From an uncultured Candidatus Saccharibacteria bacterium (GTDB lineage Bacteria > Patescibacteriota > Minisyncoccia > Phycocordibacterales > GWA1-40-21): a DNA stretch of 64,000 bases. Every line of letters starts with the position of its first letter. The first letter of the stretch is position 1. Position numbers and translations under genes: made by a program. The notes under the pieces are model-generated. The model was not told the origin of the DNA. It was given only the letters and a program-made list of their open reading frames with translations, and did not search any database. This document shows positions 56,469 to 64,000 of this stretch, piece after piece. The stretch lies in the NCBI GenBank assembly GCA_964613715.1, contig CAZTJK010000002.1:40355-104354 (forward strand), written 5' to 3'.

Positions 56469-57461
56469 ATGGAGCAACCTACTTTTCGCCCGAGCATGCT
56501 GTGGGAATTTGTGCGTGCGCATAGAAACGGATCCCTGTTTTCAGGAATCTTGGTTCTTGTTTGCTTCTACGCATTTGCCATTGCCGCTCCGGCGAATTTT
56601 CCGGTTGGTTCCGTCTACCGACTGACAGCGGGTGATACTGCATCAGCCGTATCAGCAGACCTGGCAAGCTTGCAGGCTGTCCGTTCACCGTTTTTTCTCA
56701 AATCATTTCTGTATATTTTTACGTTAGGGGATATGAAGGTGGTTGAAGGCTATTACTCGCTTCATGCGCGACAAAATGTTCTGATCATGGCATGGCGCCT
56801 GTCTCATGGGGCATTTGACGTAAATCCGGTAAAGGTGACCATTCCCGAGGGCTTGAGTTCCGCCGATATTGCTGCGCTGTACGCTCGCACATTTGATACC
56901 TTTGACGCAGCCGGCTTTCTTGCTAGCGTGCGGAATCAGAAGCTTGAGGGATATCTCTTTCCCGATACGTATCTCTTCCTGCCGAATGCGACTACACTCG
57001 ACATTATCAAGATCATGCACGATAATTTTATGCAGAAAACCGCTCCGCTTACGCCCAGAGTGAAGTCATCCGGACATTCCTTTGCTGATATCATAAAAAT
57101 GGCTTCCATACTCGAAAAAGAGGCGCGAGTGGAGGATATGCCGATGGTCGCCGGCATACTCTGGAAACGTCTGGCAATCGGCATGCCGCTCCAGGTGGAC
57201 TCATCATTCGCCTATATCAACGGCAAGACCACATCCACCCTCACTACTGCGGATCTGAAGATAGATTCTCCATACAATTCGTATACCCATCGGGGGTTGC
57301 CGCCGACGCCGATATCAAATCCCGGTCTTGATTCCCTCAATGCTGCGCTCAATCCAACAAGCTCGCCGTATCTTTATTTTCTCAGCGACAAGAAGGGAAA
57401 TATGCACTATGCCAAGACGAATGAGGAGCAATCAGCAAACAAGGTAAAATATCTCCGCTAA
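56469..57461 (+). CDS. mltG: Endolytic murein transglycosylase MltG (YceG-like)
   Basis: 330 aa; N-terminal TM, signature EGYLFPDTY and YNSYTHRGLPPTPISNPG. Confidence 0.9.
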   Translation: MEQPTFRPSMLWEFVRAHRNGSLFSGILVLVCFYAFAIAAPANFPVGSVYRLTAGDTASAVSADLASLQAVRSPFFLKSFLYIFTLGDMKVVEGYYSLHARQNVLIMAWRLSHGAFDVNPVKVTIPEGLSSADIAALYARTFDTFDAAGFLASVRNQKLEGYLFPDTYLFLPNATTLDIIKIMHDNFMQKTAPLTPRVKSSGHSFADIIKMASILEKEARVEDMPMVAGILWKRLAIGMPLQVDSSFAYINGKTTSTLTTADLKIDSPYNSYTHRGLPPTPISNPGLDSLNAALNPTSSPYLYFLSDKKGNMHYAKTNEEQSANKVKYLR

Positions 57462-58033
57462 AACGGTAGCGTGAACGTCATGGATGATGATTCCTTCGTA
57501 TCCCAGAGAGACGTATCTAGGCTGATCTCTTTCAATTCTTTTCCGTCGAGGTATTTGAGGCTCTTGTTTTTGAGGGCGTATTCATAGATGTCTTTGGTGA
57601 TGCGCACGTCCTCAATGCAGTAGTCGATGACTTTCTGCTTTTCGCCTTTCTTCCACCAGATGATGGCCTCGAGGCCATGGCCGGTCTTATTGCGGCCAAG
57701 CGTTGCTTCTGCAAGGGTATCGAGCTTGATGCGGCGGCCAAGCGTTTTTTTCACCTCTTTCATCAGGTCAAGGCTCTTGATGCGGGTCAGATCGCCCGGG
57801 TAATACTTGTTTAAAAGGGGAATATCGAAGTGATCGCTATTGAAGCCAATGAGCATATCCGCCTTTTCGAGTATCGGCCACAGATTTTTCAACGTTTCCT
57901 GGGTAAAGGAAAGGTACTTGTCAGTCTCATAGTCGTAAATGCAGATGACGGACAAGTCGAGCGCGGCAGAATCATTCGAGCCGACATCCTCGAATACATT
58001 GCTTGTCTCAATATCAAAAACGACCTTCTTCAT
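57458..58033 (-). CDS. DEDD-family 3'-5' exonuclease (RNase H-like fold)
   Basis: 191 aa; Exo I motif VVFDIETS, Exo II GFNSDHFDIPLL, Exo III YCIEDVRITKDIY. Confidence 0.7.
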   Translation of the reverse strand: MKKVVFDIETSNVFEDVGSNDSAALDLSVICIYDYETDKYLSFTQETLKNLWPILEKADMLIGFNSDHFDIPLLNKYYPGDLTRIKSLDLMKEVKKTLGRRIKLDTLAEATLGRNKTGHGLEAIIWWKKGEKQKVIDYCIEDVRITKDIYEYALKNKSLKYLDGKELKEISLDTSLWDTKESSSMTFTLPF

Positions 58034-58034
58034 G

Positions 58035-59129
58035 CTATTTCAGGAGTTTTGCGACAGTGTCTAGAGTTGCAACGGTTTCGGTACCAGCCGCAAGATTCTT
58101 CAGCTTGAATGAGCTATTTTTTACTTCATCAGCACCGATAACTGCAATGTACGGAATCTTGTTCTTGTCGGCATATTTGATCTGATCACCTACTTTCTTG
58201 CCGCTATAGTCTACGGCGACATTTACTCCAGCCGCGCGGATTTTCTCGGCAAGCTGCTGTGCATAGGCGATTTCGTTTTCAGACATCGGGCAGAGATAGA
58301 GCTTTGTAGTAGATGGCAGAGCAGGGAGCAGGTTATACGTCTCAAGCATATTCCGAATGCCGACATCTCCCATGCCAATGCCGGTTGCCGGCACTTTTTC
58401 CTCGCCGAATATGTCGAGGAGATTGTCATAGCGTCCGCCGCCAAAAATCGCGCGTGGATTGGCAATACCGGTATCATAAATCTCGAAGACGATGCCGGTA
58501 TAGTAATCCATGCCGCGAGCAATTTCAGCGTCAAAACGGGTATTCTCGATGCCAATTTCCTTCAATTTTTTCATAAGAAGCTCGGCATCCTTTTGAGCAG
58601 CATTTGCGCCGACATTCAAACGTATCTCGAATTGATAATCTTTCAGACCAAAATTCTTCATAATTCCATAGGCGAGCATGACGATTTCCATATCAGCTTC
58701 CATGCTGTCCACGCCGAAAATATCGGCATTGAATTGGAAAAATTCGCGCAGGCGGCCGCGCTGCGGCTTCTCGTAGCGGAAGAGATTCGGGATCGAGTAC
58801 CAGCGGATGGGGAATTTGAGCTCCTTGCGCTTGGCAGCGATCATGCGTGCCGCGGTCGGCGTCATCTCGGGCCGCAAGGTTACCTCGCGCTCGCCGCGAT
58901 CGGTAAAGGTATAGGTCTGCTCATTCACAAGCTCGCTGCCGGATTTCGCCTTGTAAAGCTCGGTCGGTTCGAGGACGGAAGCGGCATATTCGGAGTAGCC
59001 GAAAGATTCAGCCGTCTTCTTCCAGACGCTGAAAATATAGTTCTCTATGGCCATATCTTCAGGATAAAAATCCCGTACGCCTTTGTACGGTTCTGTCGAT
59101 ATGCTTTGCTTTTTTTCGGCGTTTGCCAT
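58035..59129 (-). CDS. hisS: Histidyl-tRNA synthetase
   Basis: About 364 aa from Met-18 of the ORF (MANAEKK...); KGVRDFYPEDM, class II motif 2 (FRYEKPQRGRLREFFQ), anticodon-binding C-terminus; start chosen downstream of the typA terminator, tagaat -10 box immediately upstream. Confidence 0.85.
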   Translation of the reverse strand: MANAEKKQSISTEPYKGVRDFYPEDMAIENYIFSVWKKTAESFGYSEYAASVLEPTELYKAKSGSELVNEQTYTFTDRGEREVTLRPEMTPTAARMIAAKRKELKFPIRWYSIPNLFRYEKPQRGRLREFFQFNADIFGVDSMEADMEIVMLAYGIMKNFGLKDYQFEIRLNVGANAAQKDAELLMKKLKEIGIENTRFDAEIARGMDYYTGIVFEIYDTGIANPRAIFGGGRYDNLLDIFGEEKVPATGIGMGDVGIRNMLETYNLLPALPSTTKLYLCPMSENEIAYAQQLAEKIRAAGVNVAVDYSGKKVGDQIKYADKNKIPYIAVIGADEVKNSSFKLKNLAAGTETVATLDTVAKLLK

Positions 59130-59156
59130 GAGGGCTATTCTAGCAAAAGAAGGCCC

Positions 59157-59196
59157 TAAAACAAAGGCGGCGGTCCGCATGCGGACCGCCGCCTTA
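59157..59196 (-). terminator. Rho-independent terminator downstream of typA
   Basis: ggcggcggtccgc-atgc-gcggaccgccgcc palindrome, T-run (tttgtttt) on minus-strand transcript. Confidence 0.8.
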
Positions 59197-59204
59197 TCTC
59201 TTAT

Positions 59205-60989
59205 TTATTTCCCCCTATTCTTATCGCGCAGTGTCTTCGTCAGATATTTCTTGCGCAGGCGGACGGATTTCGGCGTGATCTCGAGATATTCGTCATTGCC
59301 CATGATCTCGAGGCCTTTCTCGATATCGAGCTTCATTGGGGGCACGAGATAAAGCGCTTCGTCACTTGAAGAGGCGCGGACGTTCGTGAGGTTCTTGTTC
59401 TTGATCGGGTTCACCTCGAGGTCTTCGCCGTTGAGCACATGGCCAATGACCATGCCTTCATATACTTCGACTGCTGCGTCGATATAGAGCACGCCGCGCT
59501 CTTGGAGGTTCCAGAGCGAGTATGCCATAGCCTTGCCGGTCATCATGGAAGTCATCGCGCCGAATTCCTGCTTCTGGATCTCGCCAGCATACGGCTGGAA
59601 GCCGGTGAAGCGGGAAGCGAGGATGCCGAGGCCTTTGGTATCCACCATGAAAGCGCCGCGATAGCCGAGGAGGCCGCGGGTCGGGACTTCGAATATCATG
59701 CGGACCTGGTTGTCCTTGATCTTCATATCGCGCATGATGCCCTTGCGCTTGCCGAGCTTCTCGATGACGGTGCCCTGGAACTCTTCCGGCACATCTACCG
59801 TCACTTCCTCATACGGCTCGGACTCGACGCCGTCTATCATCTTCACGATAGCCTGCGGCTGGGAGACCTGGAGCTCAAAGCCTTCGCGGCGCATATTTTC
59901 GATGAGGATAGCGATATGAAGCTCGCCGCGGCCGTAGACGGTCATCGGGTCGGTATTGAAATCAACTTTGAGGCCGACGTTCACTTCGAGCTCTTTCTCG
60001 AGGCGCTCGCGGATTTGGCGGCCGGTGACGAATTTTCCTTCCTTGCCGGCGAATGGAGAGTCGTTGACCAGAAAATTCATGGAAATGGTCGGCTCATCGA
60101 TATTGATAGACGGCAGCGCCACCTGGTCAGCATTCACGCAGACCGTTTCGCCGATATAGGCGTCCGCGATGCCCGCGATCATCACGATATCGCCCGCGAA
60201 CGCTTCCGCGACGGCGTCTTTCTGGATGCCTTTAAAGGTATAGAGCTTCGTGATGCGGGCGCTGCGCGACTCGCCAGATGATTTCTTTACGACAATGGTC
60301 TGTCCATCTTTGACGCTGCCGGTGTAGATACGGGCGATGCCGAGGCGGCCGAGGAAATTGTCATAGGCAAGATTGAAGATCTGCGCGGTAAAGGTGGCGG
60401 CGAGATTTTCCGGCGTGGAGGCGGATGGCACTTTCTCGAGGATCATGTCGAGGAGTGGGGTGAGATCTTTCTGCTCATCTGTAAGGGCGCGCATGGCCAC
60501 GCCTTTTCTGCCGATGGCATAGACCACCGGGAAATCGAGCTGGGCATCGTTTGCGCCGAGCTCGAGAAAGAGCTCGAGCACTTCTTCATGCACTTCGGCA
60601 GCGCGGGAGGCAGGCTTGTCGATCTTATTGATGACGACGATAGGTTTGAGGCCGAGCTCGAGCGACTTCTTCAAAACGAAGCGCGTCTGCGGCATCGGGC
60701 CTTCCTGGGCATCGACGACAAGAAGCACCGTATCGATGGAGCGGAGCACGCGCTCGACTTCGGAGCCGAAATCGGCGTGGCCCGGCGTGTCCACGATATT
60801 GATCTTCGTGTCCTTATAGAAGATCGAGGTGTTCTTGGCATAAATGGTAATGCCGCGCTCCTGCTCGAGCTTGTTCGAGTCCATGGACACGCCATCGACG
60901 ACCATACCGGTCTGCTTGAGGATGGCGTCGGTAAGGGTAGTCTTGCCGTGGTCGACGTGCGCGATGATGGCGATATTGCGGATTTCCAT
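59205..60989 (-). CDS. typA: Translational GTPase TypA/BipA
   Basis: 594 aa; G1 [11 protein letters not shown]3 DTPGH, G4 NKID, EF-G-like domains and BipA C-terminal domain. Confidence 0.95.
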   Translation of the reverse strand: MEIRNIAIIAHVDHGKTTLTDAILKQTGMVVDGVSMDSNKLEQERGITIYAKNTSIFYKDTKINIVDTPGHADFGSEVERVLRSIDTVLLVVDAQEGPMPQTRFVLKKSLELGLKPIVVINKIDKPASRAAEVHEEVLELFLELGANDAQLDFPVVYAIGRKGVAMRALTDEQKDLTPLLDMILEKVPSASTPENLAATFTAQIFNLAYDNFLGRLGIARIYTGSVKDGQTIVVKKSSGESRSARITKLYTFKGIQKDAVAEAFAGDIVMIAGIADAYIGETVCVNADQVALPSINIDEPTISMNFLVNDSPFAGKEGKFVTGRQIRERLEKELEVNVGLKVDFNTDPMTVYGRGELHIAILIENMRREGFELQVSQPQAIVKMIDGVESEPYEEVTVDVPEEFQGTVIEKLGKRKGIMRDMKIKDNQVRMIFEVPTRGLLGYRGAFMVDTKGLGILASRFTGFQPYAGEIQKQEFGAMTSMMTGKAMAYSLWNLQERGVLYIDAAVEVYEGMVIGHVLNGEDLEVNPIKNKNLTNVRASSSDEALYLVPPMKLDIEKGLEIMGNDEYLEITPKSVRLRKKYLTKTLRDKNRGK

Positions 60990-61099
60990 TTTCGTTCAAA
61001 AATTAAAAGCGCCGAGGCGCGATTGGGCCTTTATTGAACCAAATTCTTATCCGAAAGTCAAATCAGTGGATAGGCTTCTTTCCATCAACCAGTATTTCC

Positions 61100-61108
61100 T
61101 GGTATAAT
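61100..61108 (+). promoter_or_regulatory. Extended -10 element TGGTATAAT upstream of xfp (leaderless-like spacing)
   Basis: tggtataat ends 9 nt before the ATG at 61118. Confidence 0.45.
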
Positions 61109-61117
61109 TTCGATCAA

Positions 61118-63511
61118 ATGAGTTCCGAGATAGAGCGAATAAAGAAATACGTCCGCGCGACAAATTATTTGTCAGTGGGCCAGATCTACCTCGAAAGCAA
61201 TTTTCTCCTGAAGGATAAGCTTACCTTCGACCATATCAAAACCCGCCTCCTCGGTCATTGGGGCACCTGCCCAGGCATCAATTTCACTTATGCCTGCCTC
61301 AACAATCTCATCGTGAAGACCGGGGCAAACATGATGTTCGTCCTTGGTCCGGGCCATGGCTTTCCGGCGATACAGGCAAATGTTTTTCTCGAAGGCACGC
61401 TTGGCAAGTATTACAAGGACGCTACGAAAGACGAGGCCGGCGTGAGCTATATCATGAAGAATTTCTCCTGGCCGTACGGCTTTCCGTCGCACTCATCGCC
61501 GGCAACCCCAGGCGTCATCCTTGAAGGCGGCGAACTCGGCTATTCGCTTTCTACCTCATATGGCGCAGTGCTTGATAATCCTGATCTCATCGTGGCGTGT
61601 CTTGTCGGCGATGGCGAGGCGGAAACAGCAAGCGCCTCTGCGGCATGGCATCTCTCGAAATTCATTGATCCGGCAAAAAATGGCGCCGTGCTCCCGATAC
61701 TGCACTTGAACGGCTACAAGATTTCTGGTCCGACTGTATTCGGCCGCATGACAAACAAGGATCTGAAAGCGCTCTTTTACGGCTATGGCTACGAGCCGAT
61801 CATTGTCGAAGGAAACGATGACGGCGTCTACAAGCAAATGGTCAAGGCGCTCGATGCATCCTATGCTCGTATCAGGAAGATTCAGACGAAAGCCAGGAAG
61901 AATCCAACGAAGAAACTCAACGAATATTTCCGCTTTCCGATGATCGTACTCCGCACGCCAAAAGGTTGGACTGGTATCAAGTATCTGAAAAGTTGGGCGC
62001 TTGAAGGCCGTGGTACGCCGTTTACCGCAAAGGTAGAAGGGAATTGCTTCTCGCATCAGGTGGTCGGCCGCGAGATGAAGACAGATGCAACGGAGCTTAC
62101 ACTTCTCGAACAATGGCTGAAGTCATACCGATTTGGCGAGCTGTTTAGCCCTGCGTCCGGCTTCATAAAAGAAATCCAGATGAATATCCCGCGCGAGGGC
62201 CTGCGCATGGGCGACAACCCGATCGCGCATGGCATCAAAAAAGGCGATACATCGCGCGACCTCATCTTGCCCGATATTGCTGAATTCCAGACGGCAATTC
62301 CGGCTCCGGGCGAAACCGCACTCGGTGCTATGCAACGCATCGGCGAATATTTCAGGGATATCGTCGCGCTGAATCGCGATCGCCGTAATTTCCGCGTTTT
62401 CAGTCCGGATGAGACATATTCGAATCGCTTGCATTATATGTTCGCTGCGACGCCGCGTGCTTTTGCCGGCAGGATCGAGCCATGGGATATCGACCTTGCT
62501 CGCGACGGCCGCGTGATCGAGATGCTCTCTGAAAACTCGATCCAGGGCCTTGCACAAGGCTATGCGCTTACCGGGCGTTTCGCCGTTTTTCCATCATACG
62601 AGTCATTCATCATGATCGTCGCAAGCATGGCCGAGCAATACAGCAAATTTATGAAGATCGCGAGAAAGACAGAATGGCGAGGGGATGTGCCATCCTTGAA
62701 TTATATTGTTACTTCGAGCGGCTGGCGCCAGGAGCATAACGGTTTCTCGCATCAGAATCCTGGCTTTATCGCTGATATCCTCCTGAAGAAGCATGATTTC
62801 ATCAATGTCTATTTTCCGGCCGATGCCAATAGTGCTGCACTTGTTGCTGAAAAGTGCCTGAAATCAAAGAATGAGATCAATGTTATCGTATCTGAAAAAA
62901 CACCCGAGCCGATATGGCTTTCTCCAGAAGCCGCGAAGCGCGAGCTTGAACAAGGAATTTCCATTTGGGATTTTGCAAGCGATGAAAATCCGGATATCAT
63001 CATTGCCGGCTGCGGCCAGTACTTGGTAAAAGAGGCTCTTGCCGCACTCATGCTCTTGAAGCAGGAAGCGCCGGAAATAAAGGTGCGCTTCGTGAATATC
63101 CTCGAGCTCTCGCCGAATACGATGAACCATTACAACAAACTCTCGCTTGAGGCATTCGAAAAATATTTCACTGCCGACAAGCCAGCGATATTCAATTTCC
63201 ATGGCTATCCGGAAACGCTCGAGCAGATACTCTTCTATTATGTAAATTCCCTCGAGCGCTTTTCAGTGCATGGATACATGGAATCCGGCTCGACGACTAC
63301 GCCGCTTGATCTGCATATCAGGAACAAGACCGACCGCTATAATCTTTTTATTGAAGCAGTAGAGAAAGTAGCTGCTCGGGGCGTGATATCAAAAGAAAAG
63401 ATGACCGAGCTCCGCGACAAGTATCTCGGAAAGATAAAAGCTCATAAGGAATATATCCTCGCGCATGGGGAAGATCCGGACGAGATCTTGCATTGGAAGT
63501 GGCAACGATAA
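61118..63511 (+). CDS. xfp: Xylulose-5-phosphate/fructose-6-phosphate phosphoketolase
   Basis: About 797 aa from ATG 61118; phosphoketolase signatures GHWGTCPG, EGGELGYSLS, TPP-binding GDGEAET, and NGYKISGPT. Confidence 0.9.
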   Translation: MSSEIERIKKYVRATNYLSVGQIYLESNFLLKDKLTFDHIKTRLLGHWGTCPGINFTYACLNNLIVKTGANMMFVLGPGHGFPAIQANVFLEGTLGKYYKDATKDEAGVSYIMKNFSWPYGFPSHSSPATPGVILEGGELGYSLSTSYGAVLDNPDLIVACLVGDGEAETASASAAWHLSKFIDPAKNGAVLPILHLNGYKISGPTVFGRMTNKDLKALFYGYGYEPIIVEGNDDGVYKQMVKALDASYARIRKIQTKARKNPTKKLNEYFRFPMIVLRTPKGWTGIKYLKSWALEGRGTPFTAKVEGNCFSHQVVGREMKTDATELTLLEQWLKSYRFGELFSPASGFIKEIQMNIPREGLRMGDNPIAHGIKKGDTSRDLILPDIAEFQTAIPAPGETALGAMQRIGEYFRDIVALNRDRRNFRVFSPDETYSNRLHYMFAATPRAFAGRIEPWDIDLARDGRVIEMLSENSIQGLAQGYALTGRFAVFPSYESFIMIVASMAEQYSKFMKIARKTEWRGDVPSLNYIVTSSGWRQEHNGFSHQNPGFIADILLKKHDFINVYFPADANSAALVAEKCLKSKNEINVIVSEKTPEPIWLSPEAAKRELEQGISIWDFASDENPDIIIAGCGQYLVKEALAALMLLKQEAPEIKVRFVNILELSPNTMNHYNKLSLEAFEKYFTADKPAIFNFHGYPETLEQILFYYVNSLERFSVHGYMESGSTTTPLDLHIRNKTDRYNLFIEAVEKVAARGVISKEKMTELRDKYLGKIKAHKEYILAHGEDPDEILHWKWQR

Positions 63512-63537
63512 AGGGCACGGTATTCGTGCCCTTTTAC
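63510..63537 (+). terminator. Rho-independent terminator after xfp
   Basis: aagggcacg-gtatt-cgtgccctt hairpin + TTTT. Confidence 0.8.
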
Positions 63538-63725
63538 TGTGATACAGCGAGACTCTTCTTTATCTCTTTGCCGGTCTGAAATCCTTGGCCATCAACTGCG
63601 AAAATCGCCTGATCGCCGAGAGGGCACGGACACGGATCGTATTCGCCATTGCTCAGTTTTCGGTAGATTCTGCCGGTGCCTCTGCATTTGCAGCGCTTGC
63701 TCAGAACCTTTTTCCGTTTCGCCAT
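63534..63725 (-). CDS. Hypothetical small Cys-rich protein (possible zinc-binding)
   Basis: 63 aa MAKRKKVLSKRCKCRGTGRIYRKLSNGEYDPCPCPLGD...; strong RBS aaaggagg 7 nt upstream on minus strand; four Cys in CxC...CxC arrangement. Confidence 0.55.
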   Translation of the reverse strand: MAKRKKVLSKRCKCRGTGRIYRKLSNGEYDPCPCPLGDQAIFAVDGQGFQTGKEIKKSLAVSQ

Positions 63726-63829
63726 AGATTCCTCCTTTCGGATAGCTTCTCATGTCATTCTACTGGCTAGAGGCAGCATCCGTCAATTATGCTTTCATCG
63801 GTAAATACGGTATACTATAGGGCAAAGAT

Positions 63830-64000
63830 CATGAAAAGGTATTTGGTCGTCAACACCGGCAGCGTTTCTGCGAAATATTCGATTTATTCGGAACTCGAGG
63901 AGCTTTTTTTCGGTCATTTCGAGATAGAAGCAGGGAAAAGTATCGTTTCTTTTTTTGATTCTGGCCGCAAAGGTAAAGAACGCATTGTACCCATATCTGA
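63830..64000 (+). CDS. ackA: Acetate kinase, N-terminal fragment (continues beyond window)
   Basis: MKRYLVVNTGSVSAKYSIY... matches the acetate/propionate kinase N-terminal motif (ILVLNCGSSSIKYQL-like). Confidence 0.7.

Noticed and set aside
1-64000. CRISPR arrays
   Set aside because: No short direct repeats separated by unique spacers were found. The only tandem repeats are the about-110-bp islet elements and the tRNA-like fragments.

Overview
This 64 kb window looks like the chromosome of a small-genome bacterium. Its gene content suggests a CPR/Patescibacteria-like lineage, but that taxonomic guess is inference. It is about half GC and densely packed with housekeeping genes on both strands, roughly in this order:
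- lepB (partial), pth, rpsA (short S1), gyrA, a class I methyltransferase, and an SBP-like envelope protein
- five tandem pilin-like paralogs, then RNase P RNA, murJ, rpmG and tRNA-Trp
- miaA, tRNA-Leu, parB, relA/spoT, topA, dprA, serS, cutA, ftsQ, a degenerate priA and murA
- mreB (two copies), holB, frr, rseP, proS, mreC, mreD, PBP2, greA and lysS
- the start of the dcw cluster: mraZ with a GTGGG-repeat operator, rsmH, ftsL, ftsI and murF
- yqeY, rmuC, leuS, a sigma-70-region-4/HARE-HTH protein, mltG, a DEDD exonuclease, hisS, typA, xfp and the start of ackA

The dcw cluster is cut off after murF by a ~4.5 kb AT-rich accessory islet that abuts a tRNA-Glu gene. The islet holds three foreign-looking cargo genes, each ending in a repeat that resembles the 3' end of a tRNA. 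Two of the cargo genes belong to paralogous modules made of a divergent small gene, an XRE-family HTH regulator and the cargo gene. No integrase is present in the window. This islet is the best candidate here for an undescribed mobile or cassette system.

The tandem array of five small TrbC/VirB2-like (T4SS-pilin-like) membrane proteins and the PriA homolog that has lost its ATPase motifs also deserve a second look. All coordinates were derived by hand from the printed sequence and may be off by 1-2 nt.
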